From NCBI GenBank assembly GCA_950097015.1, contig CATNEN010000002.1, positions 2,728,001 through 2,792,000 of the forward strand: DNA of 64,000 nucleotides, given 5' to 3'. Numbering within the stretch: the first letter of the stretch is position 1; each line of letters begins with the position of its first letter. The DNA comes from Macrostomum hystrix (lineage: Eukaryota; Animalia; Platyhelminthes). Positions 1-13,197 of this stretch are shown here, in pieces. The position numbers and the translations under genes were made by a program. The notes under the pieces were generated by a model. The model worked only from the letters and a program-made list of their open reading frames with translations. It was not told where the DNA came from and ran no database searches.

Positions 1-378
1 TGACAATGGTAAAGCTTACTCTATACCAAAGCCTTTCCTTAGAAAGCCTATTAACTATATTTTATGTGAAACGTAATCATACTCGATTGTTGTAAAGAAT
101 AGTCTAAAAGTAATCTTTGACACTTCAATTTATAATGACATGTATGTCTAATGCTATTTTTGGAGATAAAATTTAACAAGCTTTTAGATAGTTTTACGTA
201 TTTCATATTTAATTGTCTTAAGTTTTAAAATACGTTTATAATTTGCACATTTAATTGCTATTGGTTTCGAACCAACTACTTAGATATCGTTAGTGCTCAT
301 TAGCACATTGGCTGTTATGTGAATGAGGTACATTGTTGCATGCTTTGAATCCTTGGATACGATATGGGCTGGAAAGGG

Positions 379-1022
379 GTAGAAATTGAGACAGAAGGGG
401 AGAAATGGAGACAGGAGGGGAGAAATGGAGACAGGAGGGGAGAAATTGAGACAGGAGGGGAGAAATTGAGACAGGAGGGGAGAAAAGGATACAGGAGGGG
501 AGAAAAGGAGACAGGAGGGGAGAAAAGGATACAGGAGGGGAGAAAAGGAGACAGGAGGGGAGAAAAGGATACAAGAGGGGAGAAAAGGAGACAGGAGGGG
601 AGAAAAGGATACAGGAGGGGAGAAAAGGATACAGGAGGGGAGAAAAGGAGACAGGAGGGGAGAAAAGGAGACAGGAGGGGAGAAAAGGAGGCAGGAGGGG
701 AGAAAAGGATACAAGAGGGGAGAAAAGGAGACAGGAGGGGAGAAAAGGAGACAGGAGGGGAGAAAAGGAGACAGGAGGGGAGAAAAGGATACAGGAGGGG
801 AGAAAAGGAGACAGGAGGGGAGAAAAGGAGACAGGAGGGGAGAAAAGGATACAGGAGGGGAGAAAAGGAGACAGGAGGGGAGAAATAGACACAGGAGGGG
901 AGAAAAGGAGACAGGAGGGGAGAAAAGGAGACAGCAGGTGAGAAAAGGAGACAGGGGGGAGAAAAGGATACAGGAGGGGAGAAAAGAATACAGGAAGGGA
1001 GAAATAGAGACAGGAGGGGAGA
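379..1022. repeat. 20-bp purine-rich minisatellite (CAGGAGGGGAGAAAAGGAGA)n, about 32 copies
   Basis: Directly visible tandem periodicity; it explains ORFs 280..1109. Confidence 0.95.
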
Positions 1023-1050
1023 GTTCAAATTCAGGTAACCTTTTTCCAAG

Positions 1051-1349
1051 GCTACCACATGAACTACAGTTGCACAATCAAACTCGACAATGCCATTGAC
1101 AGACGCCACAGTGTAGCGACTCTATTCCTTGGCATCCATTCGCTTCAGTTATCGCCGCTAACATTCAACGAATCCTTATCGCCCCATCAAGCCGAATCGA
1201 TCAGCGGGCAGTCCCCAAATTTGGAAGATTTTCCCGACTTTGACGACTGGCAGAATCCGCCAGACCAGAGCGCTGACGATCACCTGACCAGCAGCTTCAA
1301 CAACTACTGGTGCCTACCTGCCACCGTGACTGTGAGCACAGCACTATGA
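1051..1349 (+). CDS. Possible terminal coding exon of a gene starting upstream of the window; product unknown
   Basis: Acceptor-like CCTTTTTCCAAG at 1050 just after an intron-type minisatellite; frame open (GYHMNYSC...STAL) to TGA 1349. No family recognised. Confidence 0.3.
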
Positions 1350-2626
1350 GCAAGCAGCCATGGGTTCTAAGCTGCAGTCACTCCCCCTGTTATTCATGTA
1401 TCACCTGCTCTCTCCCGTGTATTCCATAGGCCTTCATTCTGCCTGTCTGTCTTGTCTGCATTTTTTTTCATTCAGCGAGGTCACAAACTTGATGGAAGAA
1501 GTGGTTAGCACTGCCTTGTTATCCGGTTGGTTTGCTGTGCATCAGAAACTTCTGATCTTTGAACGGCTTCGTTCTCTGCGAAAACTGTTTGCATCTTTCA
1601 TTTAATTCTGTTTAAGTTAGACGTTAAAACGTTCAATTCGTTAGTTTTCAGAAAAAAAGTAACAATCTGTCGCTAAAAACGGTAGAGTTAGTATTACCTT
1701 ATGAAAAAGAATAATTTAGAACAAGTTTCTCTGCTTTTGTTGTATCCGTTACTTAGTGTACTTTGAATTTGAACGAATTCGTGCGTAAAATAAGTAACCG
1801 TTAGTTTGGAAACTATAATGCTAAGTAGAGCATTTTAATAAAATATTCCATTGAAACTAATTACTATCGATTAACGATCCTAAAGCGATAAAATCCGGAA
1901 CCAAGTTTTTGTAAAAGAAGCCGAACTTACGGCTAAACAGTTGACCTTCAGCTCACTCGTTTGTTAATTTAATCAAGTTTTGAAAAAATTAACGATCTCC
2001 AGATTGGATCCGTTAGTGAAGTTGCTTTGTACTTTTAATTGTAAGATTTTCCGCTCTGTATATTTACCGGATACAAATAAACACTAAGCAATGTTGTCGA
2101 TTAGTAAACTGTTTATAGCAATGCCTGTCAACTATTTTCACTAGCAAATGTGGCATCTTTGAAATAACAGTGCAACTGTAAAAATATTTACTTCTAATAA
2201 AGCATCATTAGTCTTTTGTGTTTTCTCACTCATGTAAATCAATCTTCAATCTTAAACTGACGAGTATGTACTCAACTTTTCTTTTCTATCTGTATATGTA
2301 AGATATTTATTTACCTTTTTATGTTATTCCCTAAAAATATAGAATGTTAGATTGTTTGTCTATTTTTGTTTCTATAATGGATTCATTTCGTTTGTTTGTA
2401 TCGGAAGAAGTGTTTGTTTAACGAAATAAATAATCAGAGTATTTTGTATCGTGTCGATTTCTGCGTGCATCTACCTGGCTCGAAAAACACTTGTATTATT
2501 ACAGGTGCAATCCAAAAATTAAAAGCGCTTTTTGGAATCGAAAAAACATTTCAGTCGTAGTTTTATTCCAAAATCACTTACATCACAAGCCCAGAAAAAA
2601 GCAGATCGTTTTTTGTTACGTTTAAT

Positions 2627-2720
2627 TGTTAGGATTAGTGTTAGGGTTAGGGCTAGTGTTAGGGCTAGGGTTAGGGTTAGGGCTAGGGTTAGGGCTAGGG
2701 TTAGGATTAGGGTTAGGCTT
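2627..2720 (+). repeat. Degenerate TTAGGG/CTAGGG telomere-like tract, about 15 hexamers
   Basis: ttagggttagggctagtgttagggctagggttaggg... seen directly. Confidence 0.8.
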
Positions 2721-3519
2721 TAGGCTCGGGTCTCCGAACTCTAGAAATCCTAACAGACTGACAGCTTGACTCATTCGAATCAGAAATCCATAATTCCTCA
2801 AAAACTGTCGAAATCTGTTTGTTGAAATCCCAAATCTGAAAGCCCTAAAATTCTAAATCCGCCACGAAGCCCCTAATCTCTACTCCTAAATCCCAATATT
2901 ACTAAATTTATGTAACCCCTAATCTCTTTAACTTAAAATCCTCAAAAACTTTTAAATTCCCAAATCCGATTATCCAAAATTCTTTGAATCCTAAATCTTT
3001 CAAATTACTAATGCTGAATTTATTAAGTCGATAATTTTAATCCCGAGTTATGCCTGTCATGATTGGAAATCCACAGCAAACTAGACATTTCACAGTGTTA
3101 CAAGGGTGGGATATTTCGGCCATGATATTCACTCGAGTAGCCTCCAGTCTCCCACGCGGATGTAGTCTTGGGATCTGGGAGCATTGCAGTGGAGCCTTCG
3201 CCAGCATGCTTTATGGCGCTTCACTTTATTTGGCAGTCGAACCGCCGCCTATGAACGACATGATTTAATGCGCCGTTGCTCGCCCAGTCGATGCTTAATT
3301 AAGATGTCCGCGGCTTAGAAATGGGGGAGACGGGGGTGTTTCTTAAAGGACACGGACTCACCAAGCTCCCGCGCCTTTCCAACAAGCTCTGGCGGTTTCG
3401 CGACTCTCACTTTTTCCTTGTTTCCGGCTCGGTTCGGCGCAGCAAAGCGGGGCGATCGAATTCACCTGCTAACTGAATTTTCTGCCCGCTTATTAGCCTT
3501 CCCTTCTCAGAAATCCTCA

Positions 3520-5870
3520 TCTCTTCTCCCCTGACATCCCCAATCTAAGCTCTCTCCTGACATCCCCAATCTCTACTCTCTCCTGACATCCCCAATCTCA
3601 ACTCTCTCCTGAGATCCCTAATCTCTACACTCTTTTGAGTTCCCCATCTCAACTCTCTCCTGAGATCCCTAATCTCTACACTCTTTTGAGTTCCCCATCT
3701 CAACTCTCTCCTGAGATCCCTAATCTCTACACTCTTTTGAGTTCCCCATCTCAACTCTCTCCTGAGATCCCTAATCTCTACACTCTTTTGAGTTCCCCAT
3801 CTCAACTCTCTCCTGAGATCCCTAATCTCTACACTCTTTTGAGTTCCCCATCTCAACTCTCTCCTGAGATCCCAATCTCTACTCTCTCCTGAGATCCCAT
3901 CTCAACTCTCTAGGGAGTTGAGATTCCATCTCAACTCTCTCCTGAGATCCCCAATCTCTACTCTCTCCTGAGATCCCCAATCTCTACTCTCTCCTGAGAT
4001 CCCCAATCTCTACTCTCTCCTGACATCCCCATCTCAACTCTCTCCTGAGATCCCAATCTCTACTCTCTCCTGAGATCCCATCTCTACTCTCTCCTGAGAT
4101 CCCATCTCTACTCTCTCCTGACATCCCCATCTCAACTCTCTCCTGAGATCCCATCTCAACTCTCTCCTGAGATCCCATCTCAACTCTCTCCTGAGATCCC
4201 CAATCTCAACTCTCTCCTGAGATCCCATCTCAACTCTCTCCTGAGATCCCATCTCAACTCTCTCCTGAGATCCCCAATCTCAACTCTCTCCTGAGATCCC
4301 ATCTCAACTCTCTCCTGAGATCCCATCTCAACTCTCTCCTGAGATCCCCAATCTCCACTCTCTCCTGAGATCCCCAATCTCAACTCTCTCCTGAGATCCC
4401 ATCTCAACTCTCTCCTGAGATCCCATCTCAACTCTCTCCTGAGTTTCCCAATCTCAACTCTATCCTGAGATCCCATTTCAACTCTCTCTCAATCTTAACT
4501 CTCTCCTGACATCCCAATCTCTACTCTCTCCTGAGATCCCATCTCTACTCTCTCCTGACATCCCCATCTCAACTCTCTCCTGAGATCCCATCTCAACTCT
4601 CTCCTGAGATCCCATCTCAACTCTCTCCTGAGATCCCCAATCTCAACTCTCTCCTGAGATCCCATCTCAACTCTCTCCTGAGTTCCCCAATCTCAACTCT
4701 CTCCTGAGATCCCATCTCAACTCTCTCCTGAGTTCCCCAATCTCAACTCTCTCCTGAGATCCCATCTCTACTCTCTCCTGAGTTCCCCAATCTCAACTCT
4801 CTCCTGAGATCCCATCTCAACTCTCTCCTGAGATTCCATCTCAACTCTCTCCTGAGATCCCATCTCAACTCTCTCCTGAGATCCCATCTCTACTCTCTCC
4901 TGAGTTCCCCAATCTCAACTCTCTCCTGAGATTCCATCTCAACTCTCTCCTGAGATCCCATCTCAACTCTCTCCTGAGATCCCATCTCAACTCTCTCCTG
5001 AGATCCCCAATCTCAACTCTCTCCTGAGATCCCATCTCAACTCTCTCCTGAGATCCCATCTCAACTCTCTCCTGAGATCCCCAATCTCAACTCTCTCCTG
5101 AGATCCCCAATCTCAACTCTCTCCTGAGATCCCATCTCAACTCTCTCCTGAGATCCCATCTCAACTCTCTCCTGAGTTTCCCAATCTCAACTCTATCCTG
5201 AGATCCCATTTCAACTCTCTCTCAATCTTAACTCTCTCCTGACATCCCAATCTCTACTCTCTCCTGAGATCCCATCTCTACTCTCTCCTGACATCCCCAT
5301 CTCAACCCTCTTCTGAGATCCCATCTCAACTCTCTCCTGAGTTCCCCAATCTCAACTCTCTCCTGAGATCCCATCTCAACTCTCTCCTGAGATCCCATCT
5401 CAACTCTCTCCTGAGATCCCATCTCAACTCTCTCCTGAGATCCCATCTCAACTCTCTCCTGAGATCCCATCTCAACTCTCTCCTGACATCCCCATCTCAA
5501 CTCTCTCCTGAGATCCCATCTTAACTCTCTCCTGAGATCCCATCTTAACTCTCTCCTGAGATCCCATCTCAACTCTCTCCTGAGATCCCTAATCTCAACT
5601 CTCTCCTGAGATCCCATCTCAACTCTCTCCTGAGATCCCATCTTAACTCTCTCCTGAGATCCCATCTCAACTCTCTCCTGGAGATCCCTAATCTCAACTC
5701 TCTCCTGAGATCCCATCTTAACTCTCTCCTGAGATCCCATCTCAACTCTCTCCTGAGATCCCCAATCTCAACTCTCTCCTGAGATCCCATCTCAACTCTC
5801 TCCTGCGATCCCAATCTCAACTCTCTTCTGAGATCCCCATCTCAACTCTCTTCTGAGAACCCTAATCTCT
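3520..5870. repeat. 24-26-bp minisatellite (CTCTCTCCTGAGATCCC[CA]ATCTCAA)n with a 51-bp variant block near 3590-3850
   Basis: Tandem periodicity; a diagnostic variant block at about 4440-4560 recurs at about 5175-5290 (higher-order duplication). Confidence 0.95.
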
Positions 5871-6282
5871 ATTTTCTCAAGAAACAAAGTGCTGTCAATA
5901 ATATTCCAGCTTCCGTCTCCTCTGTCAGTGCCGCATATCGCAATGTATCAAAAAAAAAATTTCAATAGACAGCGATGAGGTTGAGAACGGTAGGACGCAA
6001 GACTTTGGCTGGGCAAAGAAGTGACAGTTAAGTGTTCCAAAGTCAAAGTTGCGTTTCGTTCCATTGTGAGCGAAATAAGTTGGCTACAACCTCTGTTTGT
6101 AGCAGTTCTGCCTTTGCGGCAAGTGATTTCTTGCTTGCTTTTTGAGTCAACTTCCGCCTTGCAGACACCGATTGGAGGATGTTAGTTCGGGAATTGGGAA
6201 GCAATCGCTAATTGATAGTTGCTAATTAAAAAGGCTTTCACCTGCTTAACCAGTTTAGTCCACAAGGCGGACCATTGCCTGT

Positions 6283-6425
6283 CCATGTCTGTCATTCTGT
6301 CTGTCAGTCTGTCCGTCATTCTGTCATTCTGTCATTCTGTCAGTCCTTCTGACATTCTGTCATTCTGTCTGTCATTCTGTCATTCTGGCTGTAATTCTGT
6401 CATTCTGTCATTCTGGCTGTCTGTC

Positions 6426-6457
<32 letters not shown>

Positions 6458-6460
6458 TGT
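6283..6460. repeat. Short degenerate (TCTGTCAT)n repeat
   Basis: Seen directly. Confidence 0.85.
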
Positions 6461-7285
6461 CGCCTCTCTATTTCGGAGTCTGTACTTGTTGAATCAGCCT
6501 CACAGTTGTTTAGGCAATCAGATTTCTCAGCAAGTTTTATTTTCCTTCTCAAGAGAGTAATTTTAAACGATAACTTCTTTCTTCATATGCGGATGGGATG
6601 AAAATCCCCCAGCAGAGCAGCTGCGAACTCTCACTTCTAAAATCCATACCCTATGAGGATCATACAGCCGCAGTATAATGTTTGCTTTACTAAAGCGCGA
6701 GGATTAAAAGCTTGATTTATCCTACCCGCCTACCGGGACTGCCGGGCGATGAAATTCTTAGAAAACTCGTAAAAACTTGAAGGCGGGAGAGATTTTGCCT
6801 GAGGAGAAGAGAATAGAAAAATAATATTTTGTCCCATTGTAAAAAAAACTTATTTTGAGGTTTTCTTGAAATGTTATTGGTTTTAAGATGTACTAGATCT
6901 TGCACGTTAACTCGTGGAAGTAAACGACTTGATTCCCTTGGGATATTTCTTAGGTATATTGTAGGTTTAACTACAGCGGTTCACTTATGGTCATGTATTA
7001 TTGCTTCAGAAGATTAAAAGTCTGAATCTTATAGGTCAGTCAAATAGGTCAGTAGGTCAGTCAAAGCTAAATGCTGATGTCATGCTCAATTATCCTGAGA
7101 CTAATTTGATTGAACATGGAGTCGTAAAATTATAATTATTATAGACGAGATTAGATGTATGCTGTCAATTAATTTTATATAATACTTCGTAGCTGGATGA
7201 ATAAATTTTCAGTTTTTTTCATGTAGTTTATAATATAAAAAAGCAAAAATATAGCGTGATGCATACAGCAATATTCTGTACTCTA

Positions 7286-7350
7286 CCGTCTATGGTCTAT
7301 GGTCTATGGTCTATGGTCTATGGTCGATGGTCTATGGTCTATGGTCTATA
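7286..7350. repeat. (CTATGGT)n heptamer repeat
   Basis: About 8 copies seen directly. Confidence 0.85.
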
Positions 7351-8051
7351 GCATAGACCGCATCTGCAGCATACAGCTAGATAGAGGTGGTTATAGGGTC
7401 GCAAACTAAACCGTTTATGGCAGAAAATAAACACAATAATTGAAAGTCTGACAGCTCAGTACCCGTGTGGCTGGCGCATCTCGCAATAGTCACGGACCCA
7501 TAACTGCATGATTCCTTTGTGCTCAGGCAAGCAACATTTTTACCTGATGTCAAACAAAAAGTTACAAGTTGTTTCTAACTCTGAGTTGGAGCGTGCCATG
7601 CGACTTGTCTCGTGTTCCGCCTAACCAAATGTCGGCCTACAAAACTGAGAAAAAAATATTTTAGAACTGATATTCAGTAGCGACTTTAACGACTTCAAAT
7701 TCTAACGACACTGCATGGCCTAAGCACTTTGAGCCGTTTTAATTAATCAGCGAAAAAATTATTCGACTCAAAACTTTGCCCCGAAGAAGCCCAGACTTCT
7801 AAGGACTCTGAGACTTAAGAATTGCAAGACTCTGTCAAAGTCTTATGCGTGGATAAAATCGAAAAATGACAGCAAACTTTTAATTGCTAGATGTAAACAC
7901 TCGGATTCTTTAATGTGTTTGATTTGAACTAGTAGCAATCGTAGCGAGTGTAACACGCCTTCAATCAGTCCCAAGCAAGCGTTCATCGTTGTCCAAATTA
8001 GTACAGCAAAGATCTGGTTTGGTCAACTGGTTTCAGCGACACTTTCAGTTA

Positions 8052-8257
8052 TTATAGGTGACTGATCTTATCACCGGACACCACCAGGTAGACTCGAGTT
8101 GCTGATTGCTCCGAATCTGAAAAATCCGTGGCTTGCTCGGAGCTCGGTGACCTCACCGGCATCGAGGACGCGCTAGACTCCAGCAGCAGGTTCTGCGTCG
8201 CACGGCATGGTGTCTTGGCTTGGACTGAATTTGTTGTCGTTTTGAGGCAAGCCTCTA

Positions 8258-8289
<32 letters not shown>

Positions 8290-9581
8290 AGCTCTTGATT
8301 TTGATCCTGCCGCAGCGACGACCGCTGCAGTCTCGCACCTGTAGCCACAGTGAGATAGCGATTCGAGCTATACGCCACAGCCACAGCCGCAGCCGCCACC
8401 GCAGACAAGCTGCTTTCGCTACAGACAATGTCGTCGCAGTCACAGCAGTTGGACCTGCTGGCGCGGCTCGGACTTGGCGACTGGTCCGCCACCAGCTGCT
8501 GGCTGCCGCTCTGCTCTGGCCGCCAGTTTCTGCCGGCAGCACCTCCGACACAGCCGGCTTCCATGCCGGCGCCGTTAACCCCACCGAAGCCACGTCGGAC
8601 TGCTCGTTGTCTGAACAGCTGGCAAACGTTGCGTTGAAAATTCTTGGAGCTGAAGAAGTAGACAAAGCCGTTGATCGCGTTGTTCAGCAGCGACACCATG
8701 ACGAGGGCCATGCCGGCGGTGCCGACTTCGCGACGGAATTCTGCCTGGTGCTTCCAGCCGAACACAGCGTCGAGAATCTCGAAGACGCACTGAGGCATGG
8801 TCAGAAAGATGTGCAGGAGGCACACGGGGACCAGCATCTTGTTGGCGTGACTCCCACCACTGCCGGCGCCGCCTCCGCCGCGACCTTTAAGTCTTTTGGC
8901 CTTTCGACAATCCTCCTTGAGCATGACTTCCCGGCGTCTGTTGGCTCGTCGAATGATGCGAATGAGTGTGGCGTTGAATACCACCATCAGGATGAAAGGC
9001 ACGAGACTGTACAGCACGAGCGTGGTCACAAAGAAGGCCAAGCGAAAGCTGGTGTCGGGCGAGTCGCACTTGTCCTTGTCCACGCGCAGCTTGCTGAAAA
9101 TCACGAGGTTCTTGGCGAATAGCAGGGCCAGCGCGGCTGTCCAGGTTAGAATCTTCGGCCTCCTTCGATAGTGCAAGTTGGAGCGGTGCGGCCAACGAGC
9201 GAACAGAAAGCGCTCCATGGTCATGAGGACCAGAATCCAGGTGGCTGCCTCCTTCAGAAAGTAAGTCAGGAAGGTATGCAATGCGCACACGACGTCACTA
9301 TGAAGCCGGATGTCGAAGCCCGTGGCGAGCGCGATGAAGTAGCGCACAGGGTTGACCAGCAGGACGCAGAGGTCGGCAACGGCCAGGGCCGTAAAAACGT
9401 CGCGCGATTTTGAAACCCCGGAAGCGCGCCGCATGACAGCCACCACCACGGAGTTCGAGGCGACGCCGACCACGATGAGGACGGGAAAGTAGACAATGCC
9501 GATGAAGCGAATGGCTGGAGAAAATTTCGGACCAACAGCTTCGAGCTCCGAGCGGTTAGCCAGGTTAGTTATGACCGACAT
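8052..9581 (-). CDS. Intronless class-A (rhodopsin-family) GPCR, invertebrate peptide-receptor-like, 509 aa, poly-Q in C-tail
   Basis: Seven hydrophobic segments; LAVAD in TM2, Cys at top of TM3, MTMERF (DRY equivalent), LLNNAINGFVYFFSSKNF (TM7/helix 8). Confidence 0.9.
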
Positions 9582-10516
9582 GCCGATGAAGGGAACTTTG
9601 CTCTTCGCAAGTCACTCGCTCGCAGATGTCCGGCCAGGTTATTCTAAGCTTTTTCTGGTCGCTCAATGTGGTTTATCCTTTCATTTGCAGCCCCCGAGGA
9701 GTTACGGAAGTCACTGATTGGCTGCCCAGATGGATCCAATCAGCTCAGGTTGAAATGAAGAGAAATGAATAGCGGTATAGGTTCGCAGTATTTGCCTAAC
9801 GTTTCTTTACATGGTCGCATCAAGTAGGCAGTCTCGACGACCTTCTTCGGTTCATCCGAGAAGTTGCGCAGTCCCGCAGTGATTATTCATGCGTAAAATG
9901 AGTGCCAGAAAGTAAAACAACCTGCTTTTTTTAAGAGCCGCTTGGATGGGCTAAAAAACAACGCTTAGAACTTTCGCGCAACGCGAAATAACGCGAGCTA
10001 TCGGGTGGGAAATGTCTGATATCCGATTTCAAAGTGCACAATAGTATCCCAAATTCCCCTGTGAGCACATCACTTTGCTAAAATCAGTTACTCGTAAAAT
10101 GCTAGGCAAACTACTGACCAAAGTAGAGTACTTTGGATACTGTTGGGAAGAAATATTCTAGCCGTACGCTTGAACTTGTACTCGTACCAAAAGACGCACT
10201 AGAAAACGAACATGAATTTTGTTATTGGTCACACTGTGGCTATAGTACCCGGGTGGAAGTACCCGGGTGAGTGAGACAAACAGAATGAAATATTTGTTTC
10301 TACTTAAGGAAAGTGTCCTCTTCAGTGCGACCATACAAAGAGAAACGAAATGCACTCGACAGTGGTTTAAAGATCCATCTGAAGGCCTATAGCAAAAATT
10401 AATCATTAAAGTGCTTTCAGTTTACGTATTCTACGAGTAGTATAATAGAGATGATTTCAGGGACTATATAGCAAGCATGGAAATCAATTAAGTGGTAAGT
10501 TCAGGCCTATCACTTT

Positions 10517-11092
10517 ATTTCAGTTCCTGATGGACAACCAGTTCCTGATGAACCACCAGTTCCTGATGAACCACCAGTTCCTGATGAACCACCAGTTTCT
10601 GATGGACAACCAGTTCCTGATGGACAACCAGTTCATGATGAACCACCAGTTCCTGATGAACCACCAGTTCCTGATGAACCACCAGTTCCTGATGAACCAC
10701 CAGTTCCTGATGAACCACCAGTTCCTGATGGACAACCAGTTCCTGATGAACCACCAGTTCCTGATGAACCACCAGTTCCTGATGAACCACCAGTTCCTGA
10801 TGAACCACCAGTTCCTGATGAACCACCAGTTCCTGATGAACCACCAGTTCCTGATGGATAACCAGTTCCTGATGGACAACCAGTTCCTGATGGACAACCA
10901 GTTCCTGATGGACAACCAGTTCCTGATGGACAACCAGTTCCTGATGGAAAACCAGTTCCTGATGAACCACCAGTTTCTGATGGACAACCAGTTCCTGATG
11001 GACAACCAGTTCCTGATGGACAACCAGTTCCTGATCGACAACCAGTTCCTGATGGACAACCAGTTCCTGATGGACAACCAGTTCCTGATGAA
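10517..11092. repeat. 18-bp minisatellite (ACCAGTTCCTGATGRACM)n, about 32 copies
   Basis: Tandem periodicity directly 3' of the GPCR stop; explains ORFs 10515..11153. Confidence 0.95.
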
Positions 11093-11109
11093 CTGCCGTC
11101 TAGGAGCCC

Positions 11110-12120
11110 TTAAGTCTGCACAAAGGACTGATCGTTGTTCTCAAACGGTGTAACGGCAGCCGAACGCTTGCAAGAGCAGAAGGCAAGCCCAACACTGACA
11201 ATGTTGGCATAGCTTCGCCTGAAGTGCGTGTTCAGCATTCCGTAGATGATCGGATTCAGGGTTGAGTTGAAGACGGCCAGCCAGGTGATGACTTTGTGCG
11301 GAATCCGGCCGACTTGAGCAATGAACTTGTCGATGTACACGTGGATACTGTACGGACCCCAGCACAAATTAAACGCAATGTACGCTGTCAGCACCGGAGC
11401 GAGGGCCCTCCACTCCTTGCTGACACTCGTGTTGCCAGCAGCGTCGCCAGAGAATGAAGTGGTCGCCTCTCGGCGAATGAGGAACAGTTTGAAGAACAGG
11501 TGGGTGTAGCAGCCAGCAGCCAGCAGGGACGGCAGCGCAACGCCGAGCAGAGTGAGCAGAAAGCTCAGCTCGAAAGGCGACTTGTCGTCGTAGTAAAAGC
11601 AGATGAACACTTCTGGGATGAACCCGAAGCCGCCCTGCCACCAGAACACCGCGCTGACGGTGAGCCACACGAGCCAGCAGGAGAGGCAGTAGACTAACAC
11701 CCTCAAGCCCGTGAAGTGCCGCTGGTAGACACTCCGATGAAGGACGCACAAGTGGCGAGCCACGGCGATCAAGGTGAAGCTGAAGTTTGACACTCCAGCC
11801 GCGGTAAACAGCGCGTAGGCGTTCACGTTGCAGACGATGTCGTGGAAGACATTGCCTTCGGCCAACCGGCTGGCCAGGATCGTCGGGATTGAGTAGGAGC
11901 ACACCAGCAAGTCGGCGATGCCGATGTTCAACACCAGGTAGTTGGTCGCTGACTTCAGCTGCTTGAACCGAGTCACGGAGAGGACGGTAAGCCAGTTGCC
12001 GCACACTCCAACGCAGATGCTGACTATGAGGACGACGGTGTCAACGAGCTTCATCCAGGGCGGATCCACGTCCTCTAAGACTACGTCAGAGACATTGTGA
12101 ATGCTGAGTTTGCTGTCCAT
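11110..12120 (-). CDS. Intronless class-A GPCR, melatonin-receptor/moody-like orphan, 336 aa
   Basis: GN in TM1, NIGIADL in TM2, Cys at TM3 top and ECL2 (FIC), IAVARH (DRY position), CWGPY in TM6, NSTLNPIIY in TM7. Confidence 0.92.
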   Translation of the reverse strand: MDSKLSIHNVSDVVLEDVDPPWMKLVDTVVLIVSICVGVCGNWLTVLSVTRFKQLKSATNYLVLNIGIADLLVCSYSIPTILASRLAEGNVFHDIVCNVNAYALFTAAGVSNFSFTLIAVARHLCVLHRSVYQRHFTGLRVLVYCLSCWLVWLTVSAVFWWQGGFGFIPEVFICFYYDDKSPFELSFLLTLLGVALPSLLAAGCYTHLFFKLFLIRREATTSFSGDAAGNTSVSKEWRALAPVLTAYIAFNLCWGPYSIHVYIDKFIAQVGRIPHKVITWLAVFNSTLNPIIYGMLNTHFRRSYANIVSVGLAFCSCKRSAAVTPFENNDQSFVQT

Positions 12121-13197
12121 CTGTAATCAATGCGGCATGCGGCGCTTCAATAGGGAAGGACTCTTTGTATTCCAGGAAACGGCATTCAACAGAAAGCGAA
12201 CGATTGCGCACAAAAATAGCTGGCAAATTGCTGAAACTATCCAAACTAGCGATCAGTGCATTTCAATGCGCTCTCAGCAGCAGAGTCGCGTACGTCAGCA
12301 GACAATGGGCCCCAGTCTAAGCTGCGAGATCTAGCCGCATAGCATAGTTTAACCAGCTGTAGAACTGAGCAGGGGGGCTGTTCTCAGAGTCTCACTGAGA
12401 TTAGGCTGCATTTATCGTGCCCGTTCACAGCCAATCAGAGAGCCACTTTGCGCCGGTGAAAGCTCTGATGCAGTTTTCTGTTTAATGCGCTTTGCCCACT
12501 GCTGGCAAGCTCGCGAGCTCCGTAACCATGGCAATCGGTAATTGTAGTGCAAGGAATTGGCTTTTCTAGAGTTACCTGTAAATGGTGGCTTCACAATAAA
12601 ACGGTAGGCAAACAAAATTGTGATAGCAGAGTTTTTCGCAATCTTGCTCGCACGAGAGCGACTGATGAGATTAGCGAGGCTGCCGCGAAAAACTTCTGAA
12701 TTGAATGTTTCTTTTGTTCCAAGAGAGTACTCAAAGATGACCACTTTGTGATCACTGAAAGTACTACCAGGGACTACGGGATCTAGCATTTTGAATAACT
12801 TCAGTCTTTTATACTAGCCCCTGAAGTCCTTCCAGTGATTGGCCATATTTGGTCAAACTCTCGTAGTCACCTGTCTCAGCGTTTGAGTCAACTTAAAGTG
12901 GCGTCTAACAATCAACTGGATGAACTAAACTTAAATTGGCGCTTGCTCAAAGTTGAGAGTCAACTCAAGCGTCCGTGTTTGAATGCTCTTAACTCGGAGT
13001 AAAGTACTGGTCAGGGATTCGATTATGAAGAGTTTGTGTTCTTCACATCGACCGGCTTAAGCTTCAATTGCATAGGCTACAACTACCTCCGGTTTGAGAA
13101 TGTCCCAAGATTCACTAATTTCATGAGCACTGATTTTCAAACTGAACGAAATCTCGGCATAAGCGAAGTTCTTAATTCTTATTCTTATTATTAATAG

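Noticed and set aside
3359-3466. Minus-strand exon-like segment with a GTGAGT donor
   Set aside because: Two frames are open, there is no recognisable product and no partner exons were identified.
8255-9717. Overlapping alternative-frame and antisense ORFs on the GPCRs (also 11141..12004, 18604..19891)
   Set aside because: Shadow ORFs of GC3-rich coding sequence with no independent motifs.
12412-12789. LINE endonuclease remnant suggested by SDHKVV
   Set aside because: A single short motif with no other APE or RT motifs found in adjacent frames.
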